Source: an uncultured Gammaproteobacteria bacterium
GTDB taxonomy: Bacteria; Patescibacteriota; Microgenomatia; Levybacterales; GWA1-39-11
Length of the DNA: 64,000 bases
Direction of reading: 5' to 3'
NCBI GenBank assembly: GCA_964511305.1
Contig: CAZEEU010000004.1
Span: forward strand, 4,093 to 68,092
Below the pieces are notes generated by a model. The model did no database searches. It worked only from the letters and a program-made list of their open reading frames with translations, and was not told the origin of the DNA. The stretch's first letter is position 1. Every line of letters begins with the position of its first letter. Below, one piece after another: positions 39,896 to 49,292 of this stretch. The position numbers were made by a program, and so were the translations under genes.

Positions 39896-41386
39896 ATGAA
39901 TGAAGCATCAGAAGCTATGGTTCAACAACCAGTTGAACAACCTATAGGGGGGTCAAAAGCGGATTATGATGCTGTAATTCAGAGAAGCTTTGCAAGAACA
40001 GAAGCAAAGTGGAGACAAGAAAGAGGACCATCTGCCGAAGGGGTTCCATACGGTTACTTACTAGCCACAGATCATTTTCTTGCAGAACCATCAAATCCTT
40101 CCCAAGCGTTGGAATATTTAAAGGGTGACGCTTTTGATCAGCTTGATCTACGCTTTGCGCTTCAAACAACTCTTAACTATTTAGAACTGAGAAATGCTGA
40201 AGGTAAATGCAATGACGACGAGCTTAAAACGCTTGATAATGTCAAAGACCTTACGGGTTCAGATGACCCCGAGAAAGCAATATCCCAGATTAAATCCACA
40301 ATAAGAAGCTTTCTACCACAAGATGACATTGAATCATTTCTTCCAGATACTACTCCGGAAGGCGTTAGAAAAGATAATCTAGGAATAAAGGAAATTGCGT
40401 CACTTGCTCGGCTGATTCTTCGCGATGATGAGCATAAGGCACCTGAAGAAATGTCTGAAGTTCATAATAATTGTGTCCAACTCATCAAAAGAAGTCAGGA
40501 GGAAAGACTAAATATAGCGGAAAATGATCGCTCTAGAAGAACTGCTCTCACAACAGTCATGGAAAAACTTCAGAATGAGGATGATACTCTCACCTTCTTT
40601 GAGGGCCATGATCCTATGTCTCAAAAGGTTCTATATCATTTTTCGCAAAATCCTGGATTACTTGTGAAAGCATATCTACATGACCTTGACACTGGTAAAC
40701 CAGAAATCATTCAGGAAGGTGAATTAATAAAAAAAGTTGCCGCTGTTTTGGGTGACCATCCAGAAGCAGAATTTCTAAAAAGATCTGCTGAATCAGTTGA
40801 AAATAGAATGCGAGGACTTTTAACTCGTTTATACGACCCAAAAACCGATCAGTACAGATTGTCCGTAACGGAATTCATTAACTCGGAAAAAGAGCTACAT
40901 AAAAAGCTAGAAACTCTCCCTGATGAGCCAGAACCAAATCCAACTCCTATCACTCCTGAACCCGAAATTGCTGTACCTTTAAAGATGGATTCCGTTGAAG
41001 ATGTTAGAAAAGAAATTGATTTAGAAAAATTAGCCCCAGGTATTAATAATGTAGTACTTGAAGGAGTAAAAAAACATCTAGAATCCGGGCAAGTAACGTA
41101 TACTCACAAGCAAGTCGAACAACTTTGGGATGTTGATAGACACAGCAGGAGACAAATTCATACAAATGGATATGTTAATCCAACTGTTGGGCGTGACCAC
41201 CATCCCGAATACACACCAACTGAAGCAATCGCCACAGTAGTATTTCGGGATTATGATGGGCTACAGGTAAATAATAGATTACGAAATGCAATTTATGACT
41301 TGATTGACAGAACAATTGAGTCTCAAAAACAAGCAATAGAACCAACGTCTACATCTTCTCAACAGTCTCAATCCCAAGTATCGTAA
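39896..41386 (+). CDS. Hypothetical protein with a possible C-terminal MerR-like HTH
   Basis: YTHKQVEQLWDV...GYVNP...YTPTE. Confidence 0.6.
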   Translation: MNEASEAMVQQPVEQPIGGSKADYDAVIQRSFARTEAKWRQERGPSAEGVPYGYLLATDHFLAEPSNPSQALEYLKGDAFDQLDLRFALQTTLNYLELRNAEGKCNDDELKTLDNVKDLTGSDDPEKAISQIKSTIRSFLPQDDIESFLPDTTPEGVRKDNLGIKEIASLARLILRDDEHKAPEEMSEVHNNCVQLIKRSQEERLNIAENDRSRRTALTTVMEKLQNEDDTLTFFEGHDPMSQKVLYHFSQNPGLLVKAYLHDLDTGKPEIIQEGELIKKVAAVLGDHPEAEFLKRSAESVENRMRGLLTRLYDPKTDQYRLSVTEFINSEKELHKKLETLPDEPEPNPTPITPEPEIAVPLKMDSVEDVRKEIDLEKLAPGINNVVLEGVKKHLESGQVTYTHKQVEQLWDVDRHSRRQIHTNGYVNPTVGRDHHPEYTPTEAIATVVFRDYDGLQVNNRLRNAIYDLIDRTIESQKQAIEPTSTSSQQSQSQVS

Positions 41387-43073
41387 GGCCATTTTTTAGT
41401 ACATTTCCTACTGCTTTTGTAAGGGACAGTCGAAAAGTCTCTTTTTCTCCACCTATAATTTTGCATTTCTGATAAAACAAATTGTATTTTTGAGAAAGCT
41501 CGAATAAATAATTACATAGTAAATTTGGAGCAAAATCCTGCGCAGCCATTGTTACATGGTATGGATATTGGGTAAGAAATCGTAAAAGTTCTGACTCTTC
41601 TTTCTCAAGATTTCTTACTTCTTCATTCTTAATTCTTAATTCTTGATTCTCGCTTTTAGAAAGCACACTCTGCGTTCTGACATAAGCGTATTGAAGATAC
41701 GGCCCAGAATTACCTTCAAGTGTTATAGATTCTTCAAAAGAAAAATGGATGTCAGCAGGAATTGAAAATTTAAGCATTGAATATTTTACAGATCCAATAC
41801 CGACCTTATTTGCAGTGTCTTCATCCATATCAGTAAAAGCTGTTTTTACCCGAGAAACCGCCTCGTCCAGTAACCACGATGCAGTAATAACGTCTCCTGT
41901 ACGAGAAGACATTTTCCCTTCTTTAAGCCGAACATGCCCAAAGGTCAAATGCTTAGTCTTAGAAGCAAGATCTGGTGAGATTTTTTTAAGTGCCGCAAGC
42001 ATTACATGAAAATACTCGAGTTGTTCATTGCCTGTCAGAACAACAGATTGGTCATAGGCAATATCTTCATTTTTTAAAATTGCTAAAGCCAAATCCTTAC
42101 CTTCATAAGTTGCGTAATCTTGGGACGTCAAGAAAACACGAGTATGCAGTCCATCTTTTTCACCTCTATAAACAACTGCTCCATCACTTTTTTCAAACAC
42201 GCCGTCATCAATATGCGAGAGAACTATTTCCTTCCCCTTTTTTGCCGTAGAAGACTCAAAATAATATTTATCATAGTGAATGCCTGCTCTTTTATATAAT
42301 TCTTCAAAGTGATCAAGACTCACTTTTCTCCCCGCTTCCCATAAGGGTTTTATTTCGGGATCATCATTGTAGACTTTCTTATTGAGCTCAGTTATTTCTT
42401 TCTTTGCATTCTCATCTTCCTCAAACATTTTTGCACCCAAAATATAGCCCTCGGCAAGATCCTTAACAGTTAATTCCTCGCTATCCGCTATCCGCTGCAT
42501 AATTCCCCACAAACACTTTGCAACATGCATACCAACATCTCCTTGATAATTGGCGCGTATAACCTCATTTCCTTGAGACTCTAAAAGCTTTGAAAAGCTT
42601 TCACCAATACAAAAATTTCTTAAATGACCTATATGGATTTCTTTAAAGGGATTAGGATCTCCAAATTCAACTACAGTTTTTTGCCCGCCTTGACTGGCTA
42701 TCTCTTGATGCGAGGTAGGAGGATTTACGTTACTCGAAGTGCCAAAGGTCGTACCATCTTGAGCAACTTCTGTTAACATATTTAAGAGGTAAACCTCTTT
42801 TAGGTAAAAGTTAATAAATCCAGGCCCGGCAGGCTCAATTTTCTCAAAAATATCTTGTATTTCTGTGTTTTGTTGTAAAGAAGATATTATCTCTTCTGCC
42901 AGTTGCCTAGGATTGGAATTCTCGATTTTCTTCGATGCAATAAGTGAAATATTTGAGGAAAAATCTCCAAATTGTAGATTTTGAGACAAAGACACTTCAA
43001 ATTCGACAGAAATGTCTCGACTTTTGAGCCATTTCTCAAGACTATCCTCAATTAATTGTCTAGGATTTAACAT
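41349..43073 (-). CDS. argS: Arginyl-tRNA synthetase
   Basis: GPGFINF, HIGH, KMSSRTG and GPYLQYA motifs. Confidence 0.97.
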   Translation of the reverse strand: MLNPRQLIEDSLEKWLKSRDISVEFEVSLSQNLQFGDFSSNISLIASKKIENSNPRQLAEEIISSLQQNTEIQDIFEKIEPAGPGFINFYLKEVYLLNMLTEVAQDGTTFGTSSNVNPPTSHQEIASQGGQKTVVEFGDPNPFKEIHIGHLRNFCIGESFSKLLESQGNEVIRANYQGDVGMHVAKCLWGIMQRIADSEELTVKDLAEGYILGAKMFEEDENAKKEITELNKKVYNDDPEIKPLWEAGRKVSLDHFEELYKRAGIHYDKYYFESSTAKKGKEIVLSHIDDGVFEKSDGAVVYRGEKDGLHTRVFLTSQDYATYEGKDLALAILKNEDIAYDQSVVLTGNEQLEYFHVMLAALKKISPDLASKTKHLTFGHVRLKEGKMSSRTGDVITASWLLDEAVSRVKTAFTDMDEDTANKVGIGSVKYSMLKFSIPADIHFSFEESITLEGNSGPYLQYAYVRTQSVLSKSENQELRIKNEEVRNLEKEESELLRFLTQYPYHVTMAAQDFAPNLLCNYLFELSQKYNLFYQKCKIIGGEKETFRLSLTKAVGNVLKNGLTILGIETVEKM

Positions 43074-43113
43074 ACATGTAGTGTAACTGAAGCAGATCTT
43101 GAACTCAAGAAGA

Positions 43114-44010
43114 CTATTCTAGGTGGAGGGTTTTAAGAAAATCTCTAAATTCACCACCGATTGAAGGATGAGCTAGGGCAAATTCAACAATCGTCTTCAT
43201 GTATTCGATTTTATTTCCCGTGTCGTAATATTTTCCATCCTTTATCTCGTAAGCAAGAACCCTCTTTCCATCCCCAAGCATAAGCTTCAACGCATCATTA
43301 TAATAAAGCTCATCACCGTCTCTTAGATTATTTAGAGCTACATCAAGATATTGGAATATATCAGGAGTAAGTATAAAACCACTAACGGTCGCAAGATCGG
43401 AAGGTGCATTCATCTTGCCTGGTTTTTCGATAATAGTCTTTGCATCAATCAATCCGCTTTCTATTTCCTCTCCTCCAGCAAATCCATATCTGTCATAGTC
43501 TTCATCTGATTTTGCTTTTACCGATGCAAGAATAGAACAATTATATTTTTCATAAACATCTATCATTTGTTGAAATCTTGATCGCGGTGCAGCTTTTATG
43601 AAGTCGTCGCTCCATGTATAGATAAAAGGTTCATCCCCAACTATAGAACGGACATTCATGAGTGGAGTTCCATTTCCGTATGGCCCTTTCTGACGTACAT
43701 AGATGAAATTAGCCATAGATGCTATTCTTTCAGCTTCTTCCAAAAACTTCATCTTCTTCTCTCCACCCATCCTTAAATTCTCCGCAAGCTCCATTGATGG
43801 CCTATCGAAATGATCTTCAATTGTCCTTTTGTGAGAACCAGTTACTATAATAATGTCTTCAATTCCTGCCTCAACAAGCTCCTCAACAATGTATTGAACG
43901 ATTGGCTTGTCTACAACTGGAAGCATTTCTTTCGGCATTGCTTTTGTCTGAGGAAGGAACCGGGTTCCAAAACCGGCGGCGGGGATTACTGCTTTTCGAA
44001 TTTTTGTCAT
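43114..44010 (-). CDS. galU: UTP-glucose-1-phosphate uridylyltransferase
   Basis: AAGFGTRFLPQTKAMPKEMLP motif. Confidence 0.93.
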   Translation of the reverse strand: MTKIRKAVIPAAGFGTRFLPQTKAMPKEMLPVVDKPIVQYIVEELVEAGIEDIIIVTGSHKRTIEDHFDRPSMELAENLRMGGEKKMKFLEEAERIASMANFIYVRQKGPYGNGTPLMNVRSIVGDEPFIYTWSDDFIKAAPRSRFQQMIDVYEKYNCSILASVKAKSDEDYDRYGFAGGEEIESGLIDAKTIIEKPGKMNAPSDLATVSGFILTPDIFQYLDVALNNLRDGDELYYNDALKLMLGDGKRVLAYEIKDGKYYDTGNKIEYMKTIVEFALAHPSIGGEFRDFLKTLHLE

Positions 44011-44194
44011 GTGCCTAGATTAGGATTTACTATAAATAAAGCTCCCAGTATCTCTGAGCTTACGCTCGGAATTATTAAGTGCTCGCAGAATAAGTCTAAA
44101 ATGAATAGCAAGAATTGTCAAACGCCTTTCGGTCTCTACTCAAGCTTGAGTATTTACAAAATAGCTTCCCATTTCTGTTATGAGATCTTCGATA

Positions 44195-44340
44195 TATCTG
44201 GTATGAGCCTTTTCAGTCTCTATCAGATATGTATTTGAATTTCAGCTCATATCTGATATGAGCCCTCGCGAGCTCCATCAGATACATTGTCTTTACAAAA
44301 TGAACCTGTATCTGATATAATTACTTCTTAATATCCGATA
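44195..44340. promoter_or_regulatory. Array of TATC-N-GATA palindromes overlapping the secE promoter
   Basis: Copies at 44195, 44221, 44250, 44276, 44309 and 44332; TTTACA-18-TATAAT. Confidence 0.6.
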
Positions 44341-44393
44341 GAGACTAAGGTCCCTATATTATTTTGGATTAAAAAAGCAAGAAAATTGATCAT

Positions 44394-44567
44394 ATGATCA
44401 AGTTCATAAAAGAAGTAAGAACAGAACTTTTAAAAGTAACCTGGCCTACAAGAGCCGAAACAATCAAGCTCACTTTAATTGTTGTAGGGATCTCACTTCT
44501 TGTCGGAATTTATCTGGGTGGACTCGATTTCTTATTTACTGAAATGCTCAAATTTCTTGTTTCGTAA
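44394..44567 (+). CDS. secE: Preprotein translocase SecE (absent from the ORF track)
   Basis: MIKFIKEVRTELLKVTWPTR...GGLD; directly before nusG. Confidence 0.95.
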   Translation: MIKFIKEVRTELLKVTWPTRAETIKLTLIVVGISLLVGIYLGGLDFLFTEMLKFLVS

Positions 44568-44585
44568 AAAATAAAAAAAACAAAT

Positions 44586-45416
44586 ATGGCTAATACAGAC
44601 GATTTAATAAAAGACGAAGAAGTAATGGACGCAGCAACAAATGCTGATGCGTCAGATGTCTCTCTTGATGACATGATGGCTGCTGCTGTTGAACCAACTC
44701 CAGCAGACGAAGAGACAACCGAGGAGACACCATCAGAATCAACAGAAGAAGCAACTCCAGAAGCTACGGAAGAAGAATCAACAGACTCATCAGACAATGA
44801 AGTTGTAGACGAAGTTGTTGAAGAAAATGCTGAAGAAGTAAAAGTGGAAGAAGCAACTCCAGTGGCTAACCCACTTCCAGCAAGAAAAGACTACAAAGGC
44901 AAATGGTACATTGTTCATACCTACTCAGGTCATGAAAATAAAGTTGCAAGAACCCTGATGCAAAGAGTCCAGGCAATGGGATTTGAAGAAAGAATTTATG
45001 ACGCATTAGTCCCTACAAGAGACACCATTAGAGTCCGCGGAGGAAAGAAAGAAACCATAAAAGAAAAGATTTTCCCAGGATACATCTTGGTTAATATGGA
45101 TCTTTCTGATGAAGCATGGGTCCTCGTTAGAACTACTCCAGGTGTTACATCATTTGTAGGCGCACAAAACAAACCAACTCCAATAAGAGACGACGAGGTC
45201 CAAGCAATCGTTGCATTCGTAGGCCAAAAAGACCCAGTCTACAAAGCTCAATTCTCAGTTGGTGAAGCCGTTAAAATTACTGATGGTCCTTTCTCAGACT
45301 TTTTGGGAACTGTTGAATCAATTGATGAAGCTAAAGGAAAGATTAAAGTACTTGTAAGCATCTTCGGGCGAGAAACACCCGTTGAGCTTGACTTCCTTCA
45401 GGTAGCAAAGATATAA
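44586..45416 (+). CDS. nusG: NusG with acidic N-terminal extension
   Basis: [21 protein letters not shown] and [10 protein letters not shown] motifs. Confidence 0.97.
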   Translation: MANTDDLIKDEEVMDAATNADASDVSLDDMMAAAVEPTPADEETTEETPSESTEEATPEATEEESTDSSDNEVVDEVVEENAEEVKVEEATPVANPLPARKDYKGKWYIVHTYSGHENKVARTLMQRVQAMGFEERIYDALVPTRDTIRVRGGKKETIKEKIFPGYILVNMDLSDEAWVLVRTTPGVTSFVGAQNKPTPIRDDEVQAIVAFVGQKDPVYKAQFSVGEAVKITDGPFSDFLGTVESIDEAKGKIKVLVSIFGRETPVELDFLQVAKI

Positions 45417-45485
45417 TCTGAAGCCAAGTTGAGAATGGCAAAAAAAGTAAGCAAAGCTTGCTTTTTCAGCAAAAAATAAAGACTT

Positions 45486-45911
45486 ATGGCTAAAAAAGTA
45501 AAAACATACATTAAACTTGCCATCAAAGGTGGCGAAGCAACGCCTGCACCACCAGTTGGTACAGCACTCGGTCCTCACGGACTTCCAATCATGGATTTCG
45601 TGAAGGCATTCAATGACAAAACCTCTGATCAAAAGGGAATTCTTCTTCCAGTTGTTATTTCTGTCTATGAAGATAGAACCTTCTCATTCATCGTTAAAAA
45701 ACCACCGATGTCAGAGCTTATTAAAATGGAACTTAAGATACAAAAAGGATCTATGAAGCCAGGACGAGAAGTTGCAGCTACTCTAACTCGAGAACAAGTT
45801 ATAGAAATTGGCAAAAAGAAAATGGACGATCTCAATACCAAAGATGAAGATATGGCAGCGAGAGTTGTCATGGGAACAGCCCGATCAATGGGAATTAAGG
45901 TACAGGAGTAA
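45486..45911 (+). CDS. rplK: 50S ribosomal protein L11
   Basis: ATPAPPVGTALG and GTARSMG motifs. Confidence 0.98.
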   Translation: MAKKVKTYIKLAIKGGEATPAPPVGTALGPHGLPIMDFVKAFNDKTSDQKGILLPVVISVYEDRTFSFIVKKPPMSELIKMELKIQKGSMKPGREVAATLTREQVIEIGKKKMDDLNTKDEDMAARVVMGTARSMGIKVQE

Positions 45912-45962
45912 AAAAAGCGCTCAGAAAACAGCGTACAGTTTTCAAAATAAATATTAAATAAC

Positions 45963-46877
45963 ATGGGAAAAATAAGAGTTAAAGGATTTGATGAGGCAAC
46001 TCCTGAAGAGGAGGCAAAGTTAAAAGCAAAAAAAGAAGCTAAAAAGGCTGAGAAAATGGCAGCTAAAAATGCTCAAAGAGCTTCAGAAGGCAAAAAAGTT
46101 AACCCTCAAAGTGAGGAAATGATCGCTTCTATAACCACTGATGAACCAAAATCAACAGAGGCTACAGTTGAAGAAAAAGTAACCGTCGAAACAGTTGAAG
46201 AAGAAAAGCCTGCTCGCCTCGCAGAAGACGAGACGAAGCCAGCAAAGAAAGCAAAAAAAGAAAAATTTGCTAAAGCAAAAGGAAAAACAGAGTCAAAAAG
46301 ACATAAGTCAAATCTCACGCTTGTTTCAAAAACCCAAACATACACTATAGATCAAGCTTTGGAAGCTCTCAAGAAGTTCAAAAAATCAAGCTTTGATGAG
46401 ACTGTAGAGCTTCACATCAACACAAAAGAAAAAGGTATTAGCGGTCAGGTTATACTTCCACACGGCACAGGTAAAACACTCGTTATTAAAGTTGCTGATG
46501 ACACAATTATTGCAGAAGTTGCTAAAGGAAAAATCAATTTTGATGTCCTTGTTGCAACTCCATCAATGATGCCACAACTTGCTCGTGTAGCAAAAATCCT
46601 AGGACCACGAGGTCTTATGCCAAATCCTAAAAATGGCACAATAACTGAAGACACGGCTAGCGCCGTGAAAAAACTTGCAGGTGGACAAATCAATTTCAAA
46701 ACAGAATCTGAGGCTCCTATCATTCACGCTAGAGTTGGAAAAATAAGCTTTGACGATGCAAAGCTAAAAGAAAATATAAAAACTTTTATCACATCAGTTG
46801 GAAATGACAAAATTAGCAACGTTACCCTCAAGTCTACAATGAGCCCAGCCGTAAGGTTGGATTACCTATCTTTATAA
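45963..46877 (+). CDS. rplA: 50S ribosomal protein L1 with N-terminal extension
   Basis: FDETVE, LPHGTG, LGPRGLMPNPK and STMSP motifs. Confidence 0.96.
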   Translation: MGKIRVKGFDEATPEEEAKLKAKKEAKKAEKMAAKNAQRASEGKKVNPQSEEMIASITTDEPKSTEATVEEKVTVETVEEEKPARLAEDETKPAKKAKKEKFAKAKGKTESKRHKSNLTLVSKTQTYTIDQALEALKKFKKSSFDETVELHINTKEKGISGQVILPHGTGKTLVIKVADDTIIAEVAKGKINFDVLVATPSMMPQLARVAKILGPRGLMPNPKNGTITEDTASAVKKLAGGQINFKTESEAPIIHARVGKISFDDAKLKENIKTFITSVGNDKISNVTLKSTMSPAVRLDYLSL

Positions 46878-46892
46878 TTAGACACGATTCTT

Positions 46893-47405
46893 ATGTCTAT
46901 AGAAGAAGCACCAAGAAGAGTTATTCCAGTCGAAGGTCAATCGTTATCTGCTACTCTCGAGATTCCGGAAGCTTTACAAGGCAAAATCCCATATCCAAAG
47001 AGTGCAAAAAACACCCGAACTGTTATCAATACGTATAGAATGAATTGGAAACGTGCGGCAGACGATCTGCGTGCGCTAAGCCAAACGCAAGAGATGGGGC
47101 CACCAATTGCATCTTTTTTTGATGTATTTCCAGAAGAAGGAATTCTTGCCGAACTAAGTACTGTTTTACCTCTTATCGGTCTTAATGATAGTACAATGGC
47201 GCGTCAGGTCAGAAGTGACCTAAAACTTGCAAGAATGGAAGGGGAAGCCACCGACCATACCTTTTGGAGATTCTCTAAAGAAGAAATGGCACAATATATG
47301 ACTGGTCTTATTGCAAGGAAAAAAGTCAATTACTATGCTAGTATGCGTAGGCATCCGGAATTCTTTACAACGCCTGAATCCTCAATTTACAACCCAGAGC
47401 AATAA
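46893..47405 (+). CDS. Hypothetical protein
   Basis: 170-aa ORF. Confidence 0.65.
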   Translation: MSIEEAPRRVIPVEGQSLSATLEIPEALQGKIPYPKSAKNTRTVINTYRMNWKRAADDLRALSQTQEMGPPIASFFDVFPEEGILAELSTVLPLIGLNDSTMARQVRSDLKLARMEGEATDHTFWRFSKEEMAQYMTGLIARKKVNYYASMRRHPEFFTTPESSIYNPEQ

Positions 47406-47699
47406 ATAGCTTAGGATCTGCAAATTGCAGCTTTACAAGCACATATTTCTCAAAAATATATTGGTGACAAAATACTGAAGATTCCTGAAAGTCCCCCTAA
47501 AGAAGAATATTTCACCCTACTCTAAAATTTTACTTTTTATATATTATAGGATATAATGATGCCCTGTGAGTTAAGCCTAGCCTTCCCCATGGGAGAATCT
47601 AGGCTGAAGTTCGCTCTCTGACAACAGAAGCCAATTTAGACCAGTCCGGTAGCAATATCGGGCCCAAAAACCCTGCAATTGCAGGAGAGGAGTTATTCG

Positions 47700-47996
47700 T
47701 TGAATACTGTTCGAGCCCTCGTGCTCATCAATGCCCTGGAGGGCAAGCGAAATGACCTCGCCAAAACGCTCTCGGCGTGCGATTCGCACATCGAAGGCGT
47801 TGGCTCCGTTCAGCGCATCCAGGGTCCCTTCGATTTGGCCATCGTGGTCGAACGCGAGGACGAGCTCAGGTTTGCTCAAACGATCGCTCAGATCGAAGCA
47901 AATCCGGATGCTCAAACCGTAATCGCGTGCAGGTACGTTTATGACCCTGCAGACCTCCCGGATAACTCCGGGGATTACGTGCCTGACGGTCACTAA
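47700..47996 (+). CDS. Stand-alone Lrp/AsnC ligand-binding-like domain (GC island)
   Basis: GGAGAGGAG SD then TTG; ALVLIN...G...V..IQGPFDLAIVVE pattern; no HTH. Confidence 0.65.
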   Translation: MNTVRALVLINALEGKRNDLAKTLSACDSHIEGVGSVQRIQGPFDLAIVVEREDELRFAQTIAQIEANPDAQTVIACRYVYDPADLPDNSGDYVPDGH

Positions 47997-48014
47997 CCGG
48001 CTTCTGTTCTCGTC

Positions 48015-48048
48015 CTCGGGTGCGCTTGCGCGCCCGGGGACTTTCTCT
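48015..48048 (+). terminator. Hairpin after the Lrp/AsnC-like gene
   Basis: CTCGGGTGCGC-TT-GCGCGCCCGGG followed by ACTTTCTCT. Confidence 0.6.
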
Positions 48049-48065
48049 AAGTTACTTCTGGAAAT

Positions 48066-49235
48066 TTATTTTAAAGCTTCTATTCCGGGGAGAGTTCCAT
48101 TCTCTATGTACTCAAGCATTGCTCCACCACCTGTAGAAATATGAGTAATCGTTTCTAGATACTCCATCTTGTCAATTGCAGCCAATGTATCACCACCACC
48201 AACTATCGACACTAGATGAGGATTTTGCGCAATTGTGTAATATAAAAATTGGGTCCCACGAGCATACTCAGGATTTTCCATATACCCTACTGGCCCATTC
48301 CAAATAAGAGTTTTTGAAGCCAAAATTGCTTTTGCATAATCTGATTGCGCTTCAGGTCCAATGTCCAAAATCATGTCGCTTGCCCCGACTTCTGAAATCT
48401 TTTTGACTACACTGTCATTTCCATCCATAGTACCTACCAATACATCTCGCGGTAACATAATTTTTGTATTCTTATCCTTTGCATGTCTCACGATCTTTTT
48501 TACCTCATCAACCATATCGCGTTCGCAAAGACTCTTGCCAACTGGGTATCCAAGTGCAAAAAGGAGAGTATTTGCAAGTCCTCCACCAAGTATTAAGTAG
48601 TCTGCTCTTTCTGTTAATTTATAAAGCAATTTCAGCTTGGTTGATACTTTAGCACCACCAATAATTGCAGCGAATGGATGATTTGGATGACGCATGGCAT
48701 GTCCTATGGTTTCTACTTCCCGCTCCATAAGAAGCCCTCCATAATGCGGTAGATATTTGGGGACCTCTGTAATTGACGCACAATCCCTATGACTTACACC
48801 AAAGGCATCATTTACATACACGTCAGCAAGAGCCGCTAATTTTTTAGCAAAATTTACATTAGCATCTTCTTCCTCCTTATAGAACCGTATATTCTCTAAG
48901 AACAGTATATCTCGAGTCGTTTGCGACTCAAAATGCTTCTTGGCACCTTCAGACTCAAAATCATCAATGACTGTTAGGTTGTAGTCTGGAAGATATGAAT
49001 GCAGACGCCTTGCAATTGGTCGTAATGCCAATTTTTCATCCCACCCCTTTGGGCGACCTAGGTGCGAGACAATAATGAGCCTGTTATCGTCCTTTAGAAG
49101 TTTTTTAATTGTCGGAAGTGCTGCACGAATTCTAGCATCATCGGTAATTTTATTGCCGCGCATACTGACGTTAAAATCTACACGAAGAAGAACCTTCTTA
49201 TTTCGGATATGCGCTTTGTCAATGTAAATAATCAT
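48066..49235 (-). CDS. pgk: Phosphoglycerate kinase
   Basis: RVDFNV, SHLGRP, WNGPVG and STGGGAMLE motifs. Confidence 0.98.
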   Translation of the reverse strand: MIIYIDKAHIRNKKVLLRVDFNVSMRGNKITDDARIRAALPTIKKLLKDDNRLIIVSHLGRPKGWDEKLALRPIARRLHSYLPDYNLTVIDDFESEGAKKHFESQTTRDILFLENIRFYKEEEDANVNFAKKLAALADVYVNDAFGVSHRDCASITEVPKYLPHYGGLLMEREVETIGHAMRHPNHPFAAIIGGAKVSTKLKLLYKLTERADYLILGGGLANTLLFALGYPVGKSLCERDMVDEVKKIVRHAKDKNTKIMLPRDVLVGTMDGNDSVVKKISEVGASDMILDIGPEAQSDYAKAILASKTLIWNGPVGYMENPEYARGTQFLYYTIAQNPHLVSIVGGGDTLAAIDKMEYLETITHISTGGGAMLEYIENGTLPGIEALK

Positions 49236-49292
49236 GATCTTTGATTAAGGATTAATTGATTAATGATCGTTAAAGCATTTAATCTTAGATCA

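Noticed and set aside
44195-44340. Replication origin DnaA boxes
   Set aside because: The motif is not TTATCCACA and dnaA is not nearby
47577-47993. 138-aa minus-strand ORF
   Set aside because: It is antisense to the Lrp/AsnC-like ORF, which has a promoter, SD and terminator
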